From assembly GCA_016839555.1 (NCBI GenBank), contig JAEOUA010000012.1:160001-224000 (forward strand): a stretch of DNA of 64,000 bases, read 5' to 3'. Below, one piece after another: positions 41,182 to 50,404 of this stretch. Positions within the stretch are counted from its first letter, which is position 1. Every line of letters starts with the position of its first letter. Source of the DNA: Promethearchaeota archaeon. Lineage in GTDB: Archaea > Asgardarchaeota > Lokiarchaeia > Sigyniarchaeales > SOKP01. Made by a program: the position numbers and the translations under genes. Under the pieces are notes generated by a model. The model saw only the letters and a list, made by a program, of their open reading frames with translations. It made no database searches and was not told the origin of the DNA.

Positions 41182-43149
41182 ATGTCTGAAGAAAAACAGA
41201 CCAATGAAGAACCTAAGATATTTGTTGCTGTCTGTCGCTGAGGGATTAATATCTCTGAAATCATTGACTGCGGAGCACTTGCAGAATTTGCGAAAACATT
41301 GCCGAACGTTGTCGCCGCAGATGAGTATATTTCCATGTGTACAGAAGGTGGGGCGGATTTTATTAAAGAAAATATGAATAAATATAATGCAAATAGATTA
41401 ATAGTTGCGGCTTGAACTCCAATAACTCATGAACCGGTTTTCGAAAATGTTTTAAAATCAATTGATATGGATCCATCCTATTTGCAATTTGTTAATATTC
41501 GGGAACATTCTAGCTTTGTTCATAGAAATGATAGAGAGGGAGCACAAAGAGTAGCTGAAGATCAAATTAAAGCAGGAGTAGCTCGAGCGCTATTATTGGA
41601 AACCATATCTATAAAAGAAGTGGATATCCAAAAAACGGTCTTAATTATTGGTGGTGGTGTTGCCGGATTAACCGCTGGAATTGATCTAGCAGAAGAGGGA
41701 TATGATGTGCATTTAGTTGAAAAAACCCCTACCATTGGCGGAAAAATGGCACAACTTGATCGGACATTTCCTACTGATGATTGTTCAATATGAATTTTAG
41801 GACCTGTAATGCTGGAAGCAGCAAGAACAGAAGGACTCAATATTTATACATATAGCGAAATTGAAGACCTTGATGGATTCATTGGAAATTTTAACGTTAA
41901 AATCAGGAAAAAGGCGAGGTATACCACTAATGATTGCAATGGATGTGGAGCATGTGAAGAAATTTGTCCAACAATCGGTCCTAATGAGTTTGATAAAGGA
42001 ATGAGTGCTCGCACTGCTATATATACGGTTTTCAATCAAGCTGTTCCATTAGTTGCTCAAATAGATATGGATAGATGCATACGATGTGGGTTATGTGAAG
42101 AAGTATGCGAAGTCGATGCGATTGATTTCGATCAAGAAGATGAAATTATAGATTTAAAAGTAGGATCAGTTATCGTTGCAACGGGATGGGATGAATATGA
42201 GCCGCCAGAAGGATATCTCGGGTATAATAAATATCCTAATGTAATCACGCAATTACAATTGGAAAGAATATTAAATCCAAATGGTCCTACTGTGAGTCAT
42301 CTTGTACGTCCTTCTGATGGAAAAGTACCAAAGCGGATATTATTTATTCAATGTGTGGGATCACGAGACTTAAATAAAAATACATATTGTAGTTCAGGGG
42401 TATGTTGTATGACAACCATAAAGAATTCAAAACTAATCAAGCAACATGACCCTAATATAGAAATAGAGGTAGCATATATGGACATCCGAGCTGCCGGAAA
42501 GGATTATGAAGAATACTTTACCGCTTCTAGAAAACAAGGAATTAAGTATATTAGAACTAATATAAGTAAAGTTGAAGAGGATCCACAAACCCATAATCTA
42601 AAAGTAATAATGCAGAATACACTACGCGATTCTTTAGGTCTCCAAGAAAAAGAATATGATTTAATTGTCCTCTCATGTGCAATGGTTCCTCCGAAAGGCA
42701 TTGATAAGATAACGAATATGTTAAAATTAGAAACAAGTCAAGATGGTTTCTATAAAGAATTTCATTCACGATTAAATCCTATTGATACCAAAATTCCTGG
42801 AATGGTGTTAGCAGGGGCCAGTCAAGGACCGAAGTCTATTGCGGAGTCCATAGCCCAAGGAAGAGCTGCAGCCTCTTCGTTAGCACGACTCATGAGCAAG
42901 GATAAATATCAAATTAAGCTTATTCGAGCTAAAGTTGATGAAGAACGATGTTCTAATTGTGGATTATGTGAATTAAATTGCGCATATAACGCCATTACTC
43001 TTAATGAGGATGGAGCGGAAGTAAATGAAATTTTATGTAGAGGATGTGGTTCATGTCTATCTAATTGTCCTTCCGAGGCAATCACTCTAAGATATTATCG
43101 AGAACCTCAATATGAAACTCAAATAGATGCTATTTTAGAAGAGATATAG
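41182..43149 (+). CDS. hdrA: Heterodisulfide reductase subunit A, selenoprotein with three UGA (41239, 41413, 41791); 655 aa
   Basis: Single frame from ATG 41182: VCR-U-GIN, VAA-U-TP and DDCSI-U-IL, each at a conserved Cys position; GGGVAG FAD motif, four ferredoxin motifs, QCVGSR, QGPK. Confidence 0.93.
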
Positions 43150-43163
43150 AGGAGATAAATTAA

Positions 43164-43631
43164 ATGGAAAATGGAAATCTAAAAATAATCGCCTTCCTCT
43201 GCCTAAAATGAGGTTATGGAGCTTGTGACATGGCTGGCACCATGCGAGCACAATATCCGGCTTCCATACGCCCTATTAGAATGAATTGTACTGGTAGAGT
43301 GACTCCAAGTTTAATGATGAGAGCTTTGGGTAAAGGAGCAGATGGAATTATTTTAGCAGGTTGATATCCCGGCGAGTGTGATTTTGAAACGGGTAATCTT
43401 GTTGCCAGGAAAAATGTTAACTATGTAAGAGAAATTTTGGCAAGTATAGGGATATCGCCAAAACGAGTCCAAATGTTTTATTGTTCCGCAGCGGAAGGGA
43501 AGAGATTTCAAGAAGAAGTAACCCGAATAACGGAAGATATAGAAAAACTCGGTAAAAATCCCTTTAAGCAAACTGCAACAAATGAAAATTCAAAAGATTC
43601 TAAATCTAAAAGCAAGAAAAATGCCAAATAA
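43164..43631 (+). CDS. mvhD: Hydrogenase Fe-S subunit MvhD/VhuD, selenoprotein with two UGA (43209, 43362); 155 aa
   Basis: MENGNLKIIAFLCLK-U-GYGACD ... CTGRV ... GADGIILAG-U-YPGECDF ... SAAEG; GAGGAGA SD. Confidence 0.93.
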
Positions 43632-43690
43632 GAATGACTCTTATAAGTAAATGGTTGTTATAAGATGACAATCCTTGCGTGGATATTTGG
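43624..43690 (+). promoter_or_regulatory. Eukaryote-like SECIS element in the 3' UTR of hdrA-mvhD
   Basis: AUGAC (43634-43638), stem UCUUAUAA/UUAUAAGA, loop containing AAA, UGAC (43666-43669); possible outer helix CCAAAUA/UAUUUGG. Confidence 0.82.
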
Positions 43691-43770
43691 TTAAAGTTTT
43701 AAGAATTAAGGAAAAGAATTAATATAAAATATATATATTTGAAGTATAAAAAAATAAAAAATCATATAAA

Positions 43771-45087
43771 ATGTTTTTTGGAAAATCTCCTAAAGAAAAA
43801 GCAGAAAACGATTTCAATAAAGCAGAACACCTTTTTGAAGCCCTCCAATATAAAAAAGCGGGAAAATATTATGAATCTGCGGGAGATACTTTTTATGAAA
43901 TAAAAGATTTTAGCTCTGCAGAGTTATCTTTTTTAAATGCAGCGAAGTCCTATATAAAAGAAGAACGACACATTAATGTGTTAAATTCACTAAGAAAAGC
44001 CAGTAATTGTTCTCTTCAATTGAATAATTACGCCTATTCTCAAAAAGTGTTTGAAAAGGCTCTAATATATACTAAAAAATTAAGTAAAGGGAAAGAAAAG
44101 CATAGTTTTTATATTATTTTTTCTGTTTTGTATTACTTATGCGCATTAATAAAAGGAGAACCAGAAAAAGGGGTAAATTTAATAAAAAAAATTCAAAAGA
44201 GAATTAATAAGGATTATTTTAAGGTTCATAGCTTAATCCATTTTATAACCAATTTAACGATTGCGATTAGGGATAAAAATGAATCGTATTTAGAAAAAAT
44301 AATAAATGATTTTAATGAAATAGAATTGAATCAAGTAGAGAGAGAATTAGCCCAGATTGCAATTTTATTAGTTTATATGCAAGTTTCTATATCGCCAGAG
44401 GTGGTACTAGACCAAGAGCAATGGACTATCAAAGATTTAATTGGATTACGCATTAAAGTAGATGAAACTTCCTTTAACTCAATTAAACAAAATTTGTTTT
44501 TTGAATTTCAAATTAAAGAATTTAAGATTTTAAAAGTGTCTATAGGTCATTCTGATAATCTTACAATAAAAAATAAACCTGAATTTCCATTAGATATCTC
44601 ACTTCAAAAAGGGTTTGATATGGATTTTGAATTAAAGCCTCAATTTCAAAAGGATATTTCATTCATAGGCCCTATCAAAATACAATATGAGATTAATGGC
44701 AAATATATAGGATATTTTGAAAATAGAAATGAATTTAATTTAACACTCTTATCCCCTCCCACTCATTTAGATGTCTCTATAAAAAATTTAAAACCACCAC
44801 TCATTGATAAAACTTTTCCGCTTGAAATTCTTATTGAAAATCATAGTGATAGCGAAGCACGTAATTTAGAAATTACCCTAACGCTACCGGAACCTCTCAA
44901 GTTGATGAGAGGCACTCTGGAAAAACAAATCTATTCTCTTGGAACTAATGAAAGTATTAACTGGAAAATCAGTGCAAAACCAATTGAGGCCGGAGATTTT
45001 GAAATTATTGGAGATATAAAATATAGTGACCCGGATCAAAATATTCTTAAGGAGCGAAAAATTTTTCCAATTTCAATTAAAATGTAA
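43771..45087 (+). CDS. TPR/alpha-SNAP-like helical repeat protein with C-terminal Ig-like domains
   Basis: AGKYYESAG and AELSFLNAA repeats; beta-sandwich C-terminus (IENHS..ARNLEI..LP...W.I). Confidence 0.6.
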   Translation: MFFGKSPKEKAENDFNKAEHLFEALQYKKAGKYYESAGDTFYEIKDFSSAELSFLNAAKSYIKEERHINVLNSLRKASNCSLQLNNYAYSQKVFEKALIYTKKLSKGKEKHSFYIIFSVLYYLCALIKGEPEKGVNLIKKIQKRINKDYFKVHSLIHFITNLTIAIRDKNESYLEKIINDFNEIELNQVERELAQIAILLVYMQVSISPEVVLDQEQWTIKDLIGLRIKVDETSFNSIKQNLFFEFQIKEFKILKVSIGHSDNLTIKNKPEFPLDISLQKGFDMDFELKPQFQKDISFIGPIKIQYEINGKYIGYFENRNEFNLTLLSPPTHLDVSIKNLKPPLIDKTFPLEILIENHSDSEARNLEITLTLPEPLKLMRGTLEKQIYSLGTNESINWKISAKPIEAGDFEIIGDIKYSDPDQNILKERKIFPISIKM

Positions 45088-45150
45088 CTTTCTTAAGTTT
45101 CCTTTTATATTTATATAATAATCCTAAAAAACCTATAGGAAGAAATAATT

Positions 45151-46720
45151 ATGAGATTAAAAGTAAAAAAAATTAATTTTGAAACAGGCCACATGAAAGA
45201 TGTAGTTTTAAATTATCTAGATGCTGCTAAACTGGATAAAAAAGCTGGCGAACGAGTCATAATCAAAAATGTTGAATCAAAAAATTTGGATGAGAAATAT
45301 TGGGTTGCAATTATTCAAATATCACATTCTGATAATATAGTTGCACCTGGAGAATTAGGTGTTTTCGTAGATACATTAAATGATATAAAAAATCTCAGAG
45401 CTGAAAGTGAAGTTTCCGTAAAACCTGCAAACCCTCCAGATTCATATCAATATATTAAAGAAAAAATAGCTGGGAAAAAATTAAGGACTGAAGATATCAA
45501 CGATATTGTTAACGATGCAGTCTCTGGGCTTCTTTCACGAATCGAATTATCCTCTTTTATCACTAGTGTATCCATTCATGGTATGAGCAATAGAGAAATG
45601 AAGGCCTTAACCCTTGCTGAAGCAAAAAGTGGGGAGGCATTCGATTTTGGTCCGAATGTCTATGATAAGCATAGTACATAAATTTACATATCAGTAAATT
45701 TAGCTAAAAGGAGGCGTCCCGGGTAATAAGGTCTCATTAATTATCGTTCCTATTATTGCAGCAGAAGGATTAACCATTCCCAAAACGAGCACGAGAGCCA
45801 TTACTTCCCCTTCAGGTACAGCAGACTCGATGGAAGTTTTAGCTCCAATTGAATTTAACTCGGAAGAAGTAAAAAGAATCATTTCAGAAATAGGAGCTTG
45901 TATTATTTGGGGGGGTGCATTAGATATTGCTCCAGCTGATAATGTGTTAATTGAAGTAGAGAGACCTTTACATTTAGATCCATGGGGACTGATGATTCCA
46001 TCAATATTGGCAAAGAAAAAATCGATGGGGGTGAAGCAATTGGTATTGGACATCCCTGTGGGAGGCGGAACTAAATTCAGCACTCCTGATGATGGAAAGA
46101 AATTTGCTCATATATTTAAACAAATAGCAAGTAGTGTAGGAATTGAATCAGAATGCGCACTTACTTTAGCTCATCAACCCATAGGGCATAATATTGGACC
46201 TGCCTTAGAGGCGAAAGAAGCGTTAACTCTATTACGAGATTATTCTGCTGGTCCAAATTCCCTTATTGAAAAATCTACTTCATTAGCGGGAATAATTTTT
46301 GAAATGGCAGGAAAAGCATCTAAAGGAGAAGGTCAGAAATTGGCTAAGGATATATTGAAATCAGGCAAAGCCTATCAAAAAATGCAAAAAATTATCGAAA
46401 TTCAAGGTGGCAATCCGGATATTACTCCAGAAGAAATAAATTTAGGTCCCTATAAAAAGGACTTTTATTCAACTAAATCAGGATTTATTACTGAGGTTGA
46501 TAATGCGATAATTAATCAAATTTCAAAAACAGCAGGATGTCCTTTTTCTAAAACCTCTGGTGTAATTGTTTATAAGAAGCAAGGGGCAAAAATCGAAGAG
46601 GGTCAAAAAATTCTTACTGTATATTCTAACAGCAAAACTAAACTCAGAAGAGCAATGAAGTTTTATAATATTAGTGGAGGCCCAGTAATTCTAGGGGGTA
46701 TGTTGATTGAGAGAATATAA
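45151..46720 (+). CDS. AMP phosphorylase (thymidine phosphorylase family), two exons: 45151-45677 and 45709-46720; 512 aa after splicing
   Basis: N-terminal barrel extension; DKHST|GGVPGNK, PKTSTRAITSPSGTADSMEVLAP, WGGALDIAPAD, SILAKK, DIPVG and GPALEA motifs. Confidence 0.9.
45678..45708 (+). other. Candidate 31-nt BHB-type mRNA intron
   Basis: 9-bp stem UAAAUUUAC/GUAAAUUUA, 4-bp helix UAGU/GCUA, 3-nt bulges ACA and AAA; removal restores both the frame and the motif. Confidence 0.8.
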
Positions 46721-46957
46721 ATTCTAATAAGTCTACTCCTCGAATCCTAAGATATACTTTGAGTATCCCTTTAACTTTTATTAAAAAAGTTATTACTCAA
46801 GAAAAAATTAAATAGAAATGGAGATATTTGTATAAAACTTATAAAGGATAAAGAGAAAAAATATAAAATTTATAATTTTTTTTTTTTTTTACCACTTAAG
46901 TAATATTAAAAAAACTACGATTTTTAACCATTTAAAGAAATATATATAAAACCAAGA

Positions 46958-48463
46958 ATGAACAAAATAGAAGAATTACCAAATAATATAATTGAAAGGT
47001 ATAATTCTAAGAAAATCGATAAAACCTCTACTTTCCAACAACTTATCGCTATTATAGAAAATAGCAATAATATAACTCATCGAATAGAAAGTATTAAATA
47101 TCTAATGAGGCTTGGAATCAAAAAAGAGGCATTTTTCGAATTACTAGAAAATTTATTAATTTCAGATTCTAATCCCAAAATTAGGACCATCGCTGTAAAA
47201 ATTATTAAAAATAATTTTATAGATAAAGCTTTCGAGCTCATGAATTGGGCGTATAATCATGAAGCCTCAATCGAATGTGTCTTAAATATTATTTCAACAA
47301 TGGGAGAAATAGATACCTATGAGGCAAAAAAATTTTTAATTGATAAATTAAGAAATATCAAGTCTGATAAATATAAGTCCCATTTAAAAAATATTTTTGA
47401 AGATAATAAAATAAATGATTATTCAACACACCAATTAGCAAATATCTTAAATAATTATCATGTAATAAAGTTTTTAGAGAAAAAATTTAAGAAAATTAAT
47501 TATAATCTTAAATTAGGGGTTGTTAAAACATTAGATTTATCAAATGCAAGTAATTACCATGTATTTGAATGGAACATTTTAAATAAATTACCAGATGTTA
47601 TTTGTACTTTAAATTTTTTGAATAAATTAGATATGAAATTCAATAGAATAAAGATTGTTTCAAATGCTATCAAAAATCTTCAATATTTAAAATATTTAGA
47701 TTTAAGTTATAACAAAATTAAAAACCTTCCGAATTCAATAGGGCAACTTCATTCTTTGACCTATTTAAATTTAAAGCATAATAATTTGACGAATATTCCC
47801 GACATGATTGGGGATTTAACAAATCTCAATATTTTAGATTTGCGTGCTAATAATTTAAAATTTCTTCCCAAATCGCTTAATAAATTAATAAAATTAGAAG
47901 AATTAATATTACATGGAAATAAACTTGATGATTTAGCTTTATCTTTTCATAATTCTTCATTAAAAATCTTAGAGTTAGGATTAAATAATTTAAAATATAT
48001 ACCAGATGGGTTAAAATATTTAACATCATTAAAAAGATTGGGATTAGGATCTAATAAGATTGTTGAAATCCCCTTTTGGATTGAAAATCTAATTTCTTTA
48101 GAAGAACTACATCTATATAATAATAATATAAGTAAATTACCATCTTCTATTGGAAATTTATCTAATTTAAAAGAACTAACCTTATGGAATAATAATTTAC
48201 GCACATTACCCCCAACATTTAAATCATTAACAAATTTAAAAAGGCTTAATTTAAGTTGGAATAAATTTGAGTCGATCCCAGATGTTCTCCCAAATTCTTT
48301 AGAAATATTAAGCTTATGGGGAAATAATCTGAAGGTTATCGATGAATCTACTAAAAACTTAAAAAATTTAAGAATATTAGATTTAAATTTTAATAAAAAT
48401 TTGGAAATAACTGAAAAAATTAGAAAAAAATTAGAAAAAGACGGATTAACGATATATAAATAA
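46958..48463 (+). CDS. HEAT-repeat plus LRR protein
   Basis: LLENLLISD N-terminal domain; about 12 LRRs of the LPxxIGxLxxLxxLxLxxN type. Confidence 0.9.
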   Translation: MNKIEELPNNIIERYNSKKIDKTSTFQQLIAIIENSNNITHRIESIKYLMRLGIKKEAFFELLENLLISDSNPKIRTIAVKIIKNNFIDKAFELMNWAYNHEASIECVLNIISTMGEIDTYEAKKFLIDKLRNIKSDKYKSHLKNIFEDNKINDYSTHQLANILNNYHVIKFLEKKFKKINYNLKLGVVKTLDLSNASNYHVFEWNILNKLPDVICTLNFLNKLDMKFNRIKIVSNAIKNLQYLKYLDLSYNKIKNLPNSIGQLHSLTYLNLKHNNLTNIPDMIGDLTNLNILDLRANNLKFLPKSLNKLIKLEELILHGNKLDDLALSFHNSSLKILELGLNNLKYIPDGLKYLTSLKRLGLGSNKIVEIPFWIENLISLEELHLYNNNISKLPSSIGNLSNLKELTLWNNNLRTLPPTFKSLTNLKRLNLSWNKFESIPDVLPNSLEILSLWGNNLKVIDESTKNLKNLRILDLNFNKNLEITEKIRKKLEKDGLTIYK

Positions 48464-48478
48464 TTAAATAAAAGCGAT

Positions 48479-49837
48479 ATGAAACTAACACCTAAACAGA
48501 TTTTTACAGAGTTAATGGATAAGTCTATTAATAAGCCAACAGGGATAGAAAAATTAATCTCTATTGTCGAAAAAAGTAATGATCATGACGAGCGAATGGA
48601 GGCGCTTAATATTTTTAAGATTTTACATTTTAATGACAATGGTGTTTTTAATCTATTAGAAAATCTTTTAATTTCAGATTCTAGTGAAAAAATTAGAAAA
48701 ATCTCAGCCGAAATAATAAGAGATGATTTTCTAGACCTTTCTTACATACCTATGGAATGGACACTTAAACATGAACCCTCTCCTCAATGTTTAAAAGTAA
48801 TTTATGACACTCTAATTCTTGCTTTAAAAAAATTAGAGAATCAAGAAAACATATTTTCTAAAAAGGTATTAATTTCCTTAATAAATAAAATAGAAAAAAA
48901 AGATTTTTTAGTAGATTTAACGATATTAAAAAAACAAAAAATATTAAGTAAACTTGCTAATAAGGAATTAATTGAGATTCTAATCAATTATTATACTATT
49001 ATATATTTCGAAAAGGTATATTGGCGTATAAGATATGATATAGAAAATTTTCGAATTACTAAATTAAATTTTATTTTCAAAGGATTAATAAATCTCCCAG
49101 TAGAACTTCAGAACCTCCATTCCTTAAAATCACTCGTTTTTCGATATAATCAAATATCCTCTATTCCAGATTGGATTGGATCTTTAAAATCTCTGGAAGT
49201 ATTAAATTTTAATGTAAATGAAATCGATAAGCTCCCAGCATCAATAAGACATTTACAATCCTTAAAAGAATTATATTTATGGAAAAATAATCTTGAAGAA
49301 CTTCCCAATACTATAGGTTCTTTAAAATCATTACAAATTTTAAATTTAAGATTAAATTTTTTAAGTACATTACCATCAACAATTAAGTATTTAAAATCTT
49401 TGAGAAATTTAAACCTTCATGATAATAGATTGATCTTATTACCTGATTCAATAGGTGAATTAATAAATTTAAGAAAAATTAATTTAAGTTGGAATAAGCT
49501 TAAGGCAATTCCTCCTTCAATTGGGAGATTACGATTCCTAAAAACTCTTGATATAGGGAGAAATGAATTAAAAAATTTACCTAATTCTCTTGGAAATCTC
49601 CAATCATTAGAAATTCTTAATTTAAGTGAGAATAAATTAACCTCTTTGCCTAACAAAATAAAAAATTTGAAAAATTTGAAGCAATTAAATATATTTAGAA
49701 ATAAATTAACTGAATTACCAGAAGAAATAGAAAATTTAACGAATTTAGAAGAGCTTTATATAGGAGAGAATTATATAGATAATTTTTCAAAACTATTAAA
49801 AGTTTTAGAATCAAGGGGTGTTAAAATCTTTTTTTAA
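48479..49837 (+). CDS. HEAT-repeat plus LRR protein (tandem paralog)
   Basis: LLENLLISD N-terminal domain; about 10 LRRs; C-terminal cap LESRGVKIF. Confidence 0.9.
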   Translation: MKLTPKQIFTELMDKSINKPTGIEKLISIVEKSNDHDERMEALNIFKILHFNDNGVFNLLENLLISDSSEKIRKISAEIIRDDFLDLSYIPMEWTLKHEPSPQCLKVIYDTLILALKKLENQENIFSKKVLISLINKIEKKDFLVDLTILKKQKILSKLANKELIEILINYYTIIYFEKVYWRIRYDIENFRITKLNFIFKGLINLPVELQNLHSLKSLVFRYNQISSIPDWIGSLKSLEVLNFNVNEIDKLPASIRHLQSLKELYLWKNNLEELPNTIGSLKSLQILNLRLNFLSTLPSTIKYLKSLRNLNLHDNRLILLPDSIGELINLRKINLSWNKLKAIPPSIGRLRFLKTLDIGRNELKNLPNSLGNLQSLEILNLSENKLTSLPNKIKNLKNLKQLNIFRNKLTELPEEIENLTNLEELYIGENYIDNFSKLLKVLESRGVKIFF

Positions 49838-49902
49838 AAGGTTAAAATTTAAATAAAATCGGAATAATTTTTTAACTATCCTTAAAAATTAATAAAAATC
49901 AT

Positions 49903-50343
49903 GTGATTTTTATGAGAAAAGTAGCGGGCAAAATTAAAGCTTTTATATGTTGCCTTTTAGCTGGGCTGATTTATCTTTATGTAGCCATTGAAAGCGTAAC
50001 TGGTCTTGGAGTCACTATTTTAGAATATATTCAAGAATTTTTCCCGGATTTATTGCCAATTGAACCGATTTTAAGCATTTTACTCCAAATATCCAACTGG
50101 GTTGGTATTATCGCTATAGTATGCGGGTTTTTATTCCTCGCAGGGCAAAGGAAAGCAGCTAATATTATCTTAATAATTACCATGTCTTCTGGTATTTTCG
50201 GATTTCTATTGCCTGTGATATTAGCGATTCCAGAGGGATTAGGGGCACTTGAGATTGCAATTAATGGTATCGCAACGAAATATGCTGTCCCAGTTCTATT
50301 CTTAGCTCTCGCCAGGGCTTATGCTAAAGAAGCAGAAACTTAA
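49903..50343 (+). CDS. Hypothetical membrane protein (about four helices)
   Basis: Hydrophobic segments throughout. Confidence 0.7.
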   Translation: MIFMRKVAGKIKAFICCLLAGLIYLYVAIESVTGLGVTILEYIQEFFPDLLPIEPILSILLQISNWVGIIAIVCGFLFLAGQRKAANIILIITMSSGIFGFLLPVILAIPEGLGALEIAINGIATKYAVPVLFLALARAYAKEAET

Positions 50344-50404
50344 AATAATTTTGTTTAATATCTTTTTTTTTCTTTTTATATTTATAAAAAAAAACTTTTT
50401 AGTA

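Noticed and set aside
41182-43631. Genome-wide UGA reassignment, or hdrA/mvhD being pseudogenes
   Set aside because: TGA ends ordinary genes here (ftr, pyrF, the ABC ATPase), Trp is encoded by TGG, and all five internal TGAs fall on conserved Cys sites with a SECIS downstream.
45679-45709. Simple sequencing frameshift, ribosomal frameshift or IS footprint in AMP phosphorylase
   Set aside because: There are 31 extra nucleotides starting with an in-frame stop, which a 1-nt slip cannot fix. No target-site duplication is visible, and the BHB cut sites restore the motif exactly. Ribosomal bypassing is not formally excluded.
45700-46083. Short antisense ORFs (this one and many 60-130 aa ORFs opposite long genes)
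   Set aside because: They are shadow ORFs lying opposite well-supported genes and have no recognisable motifs.
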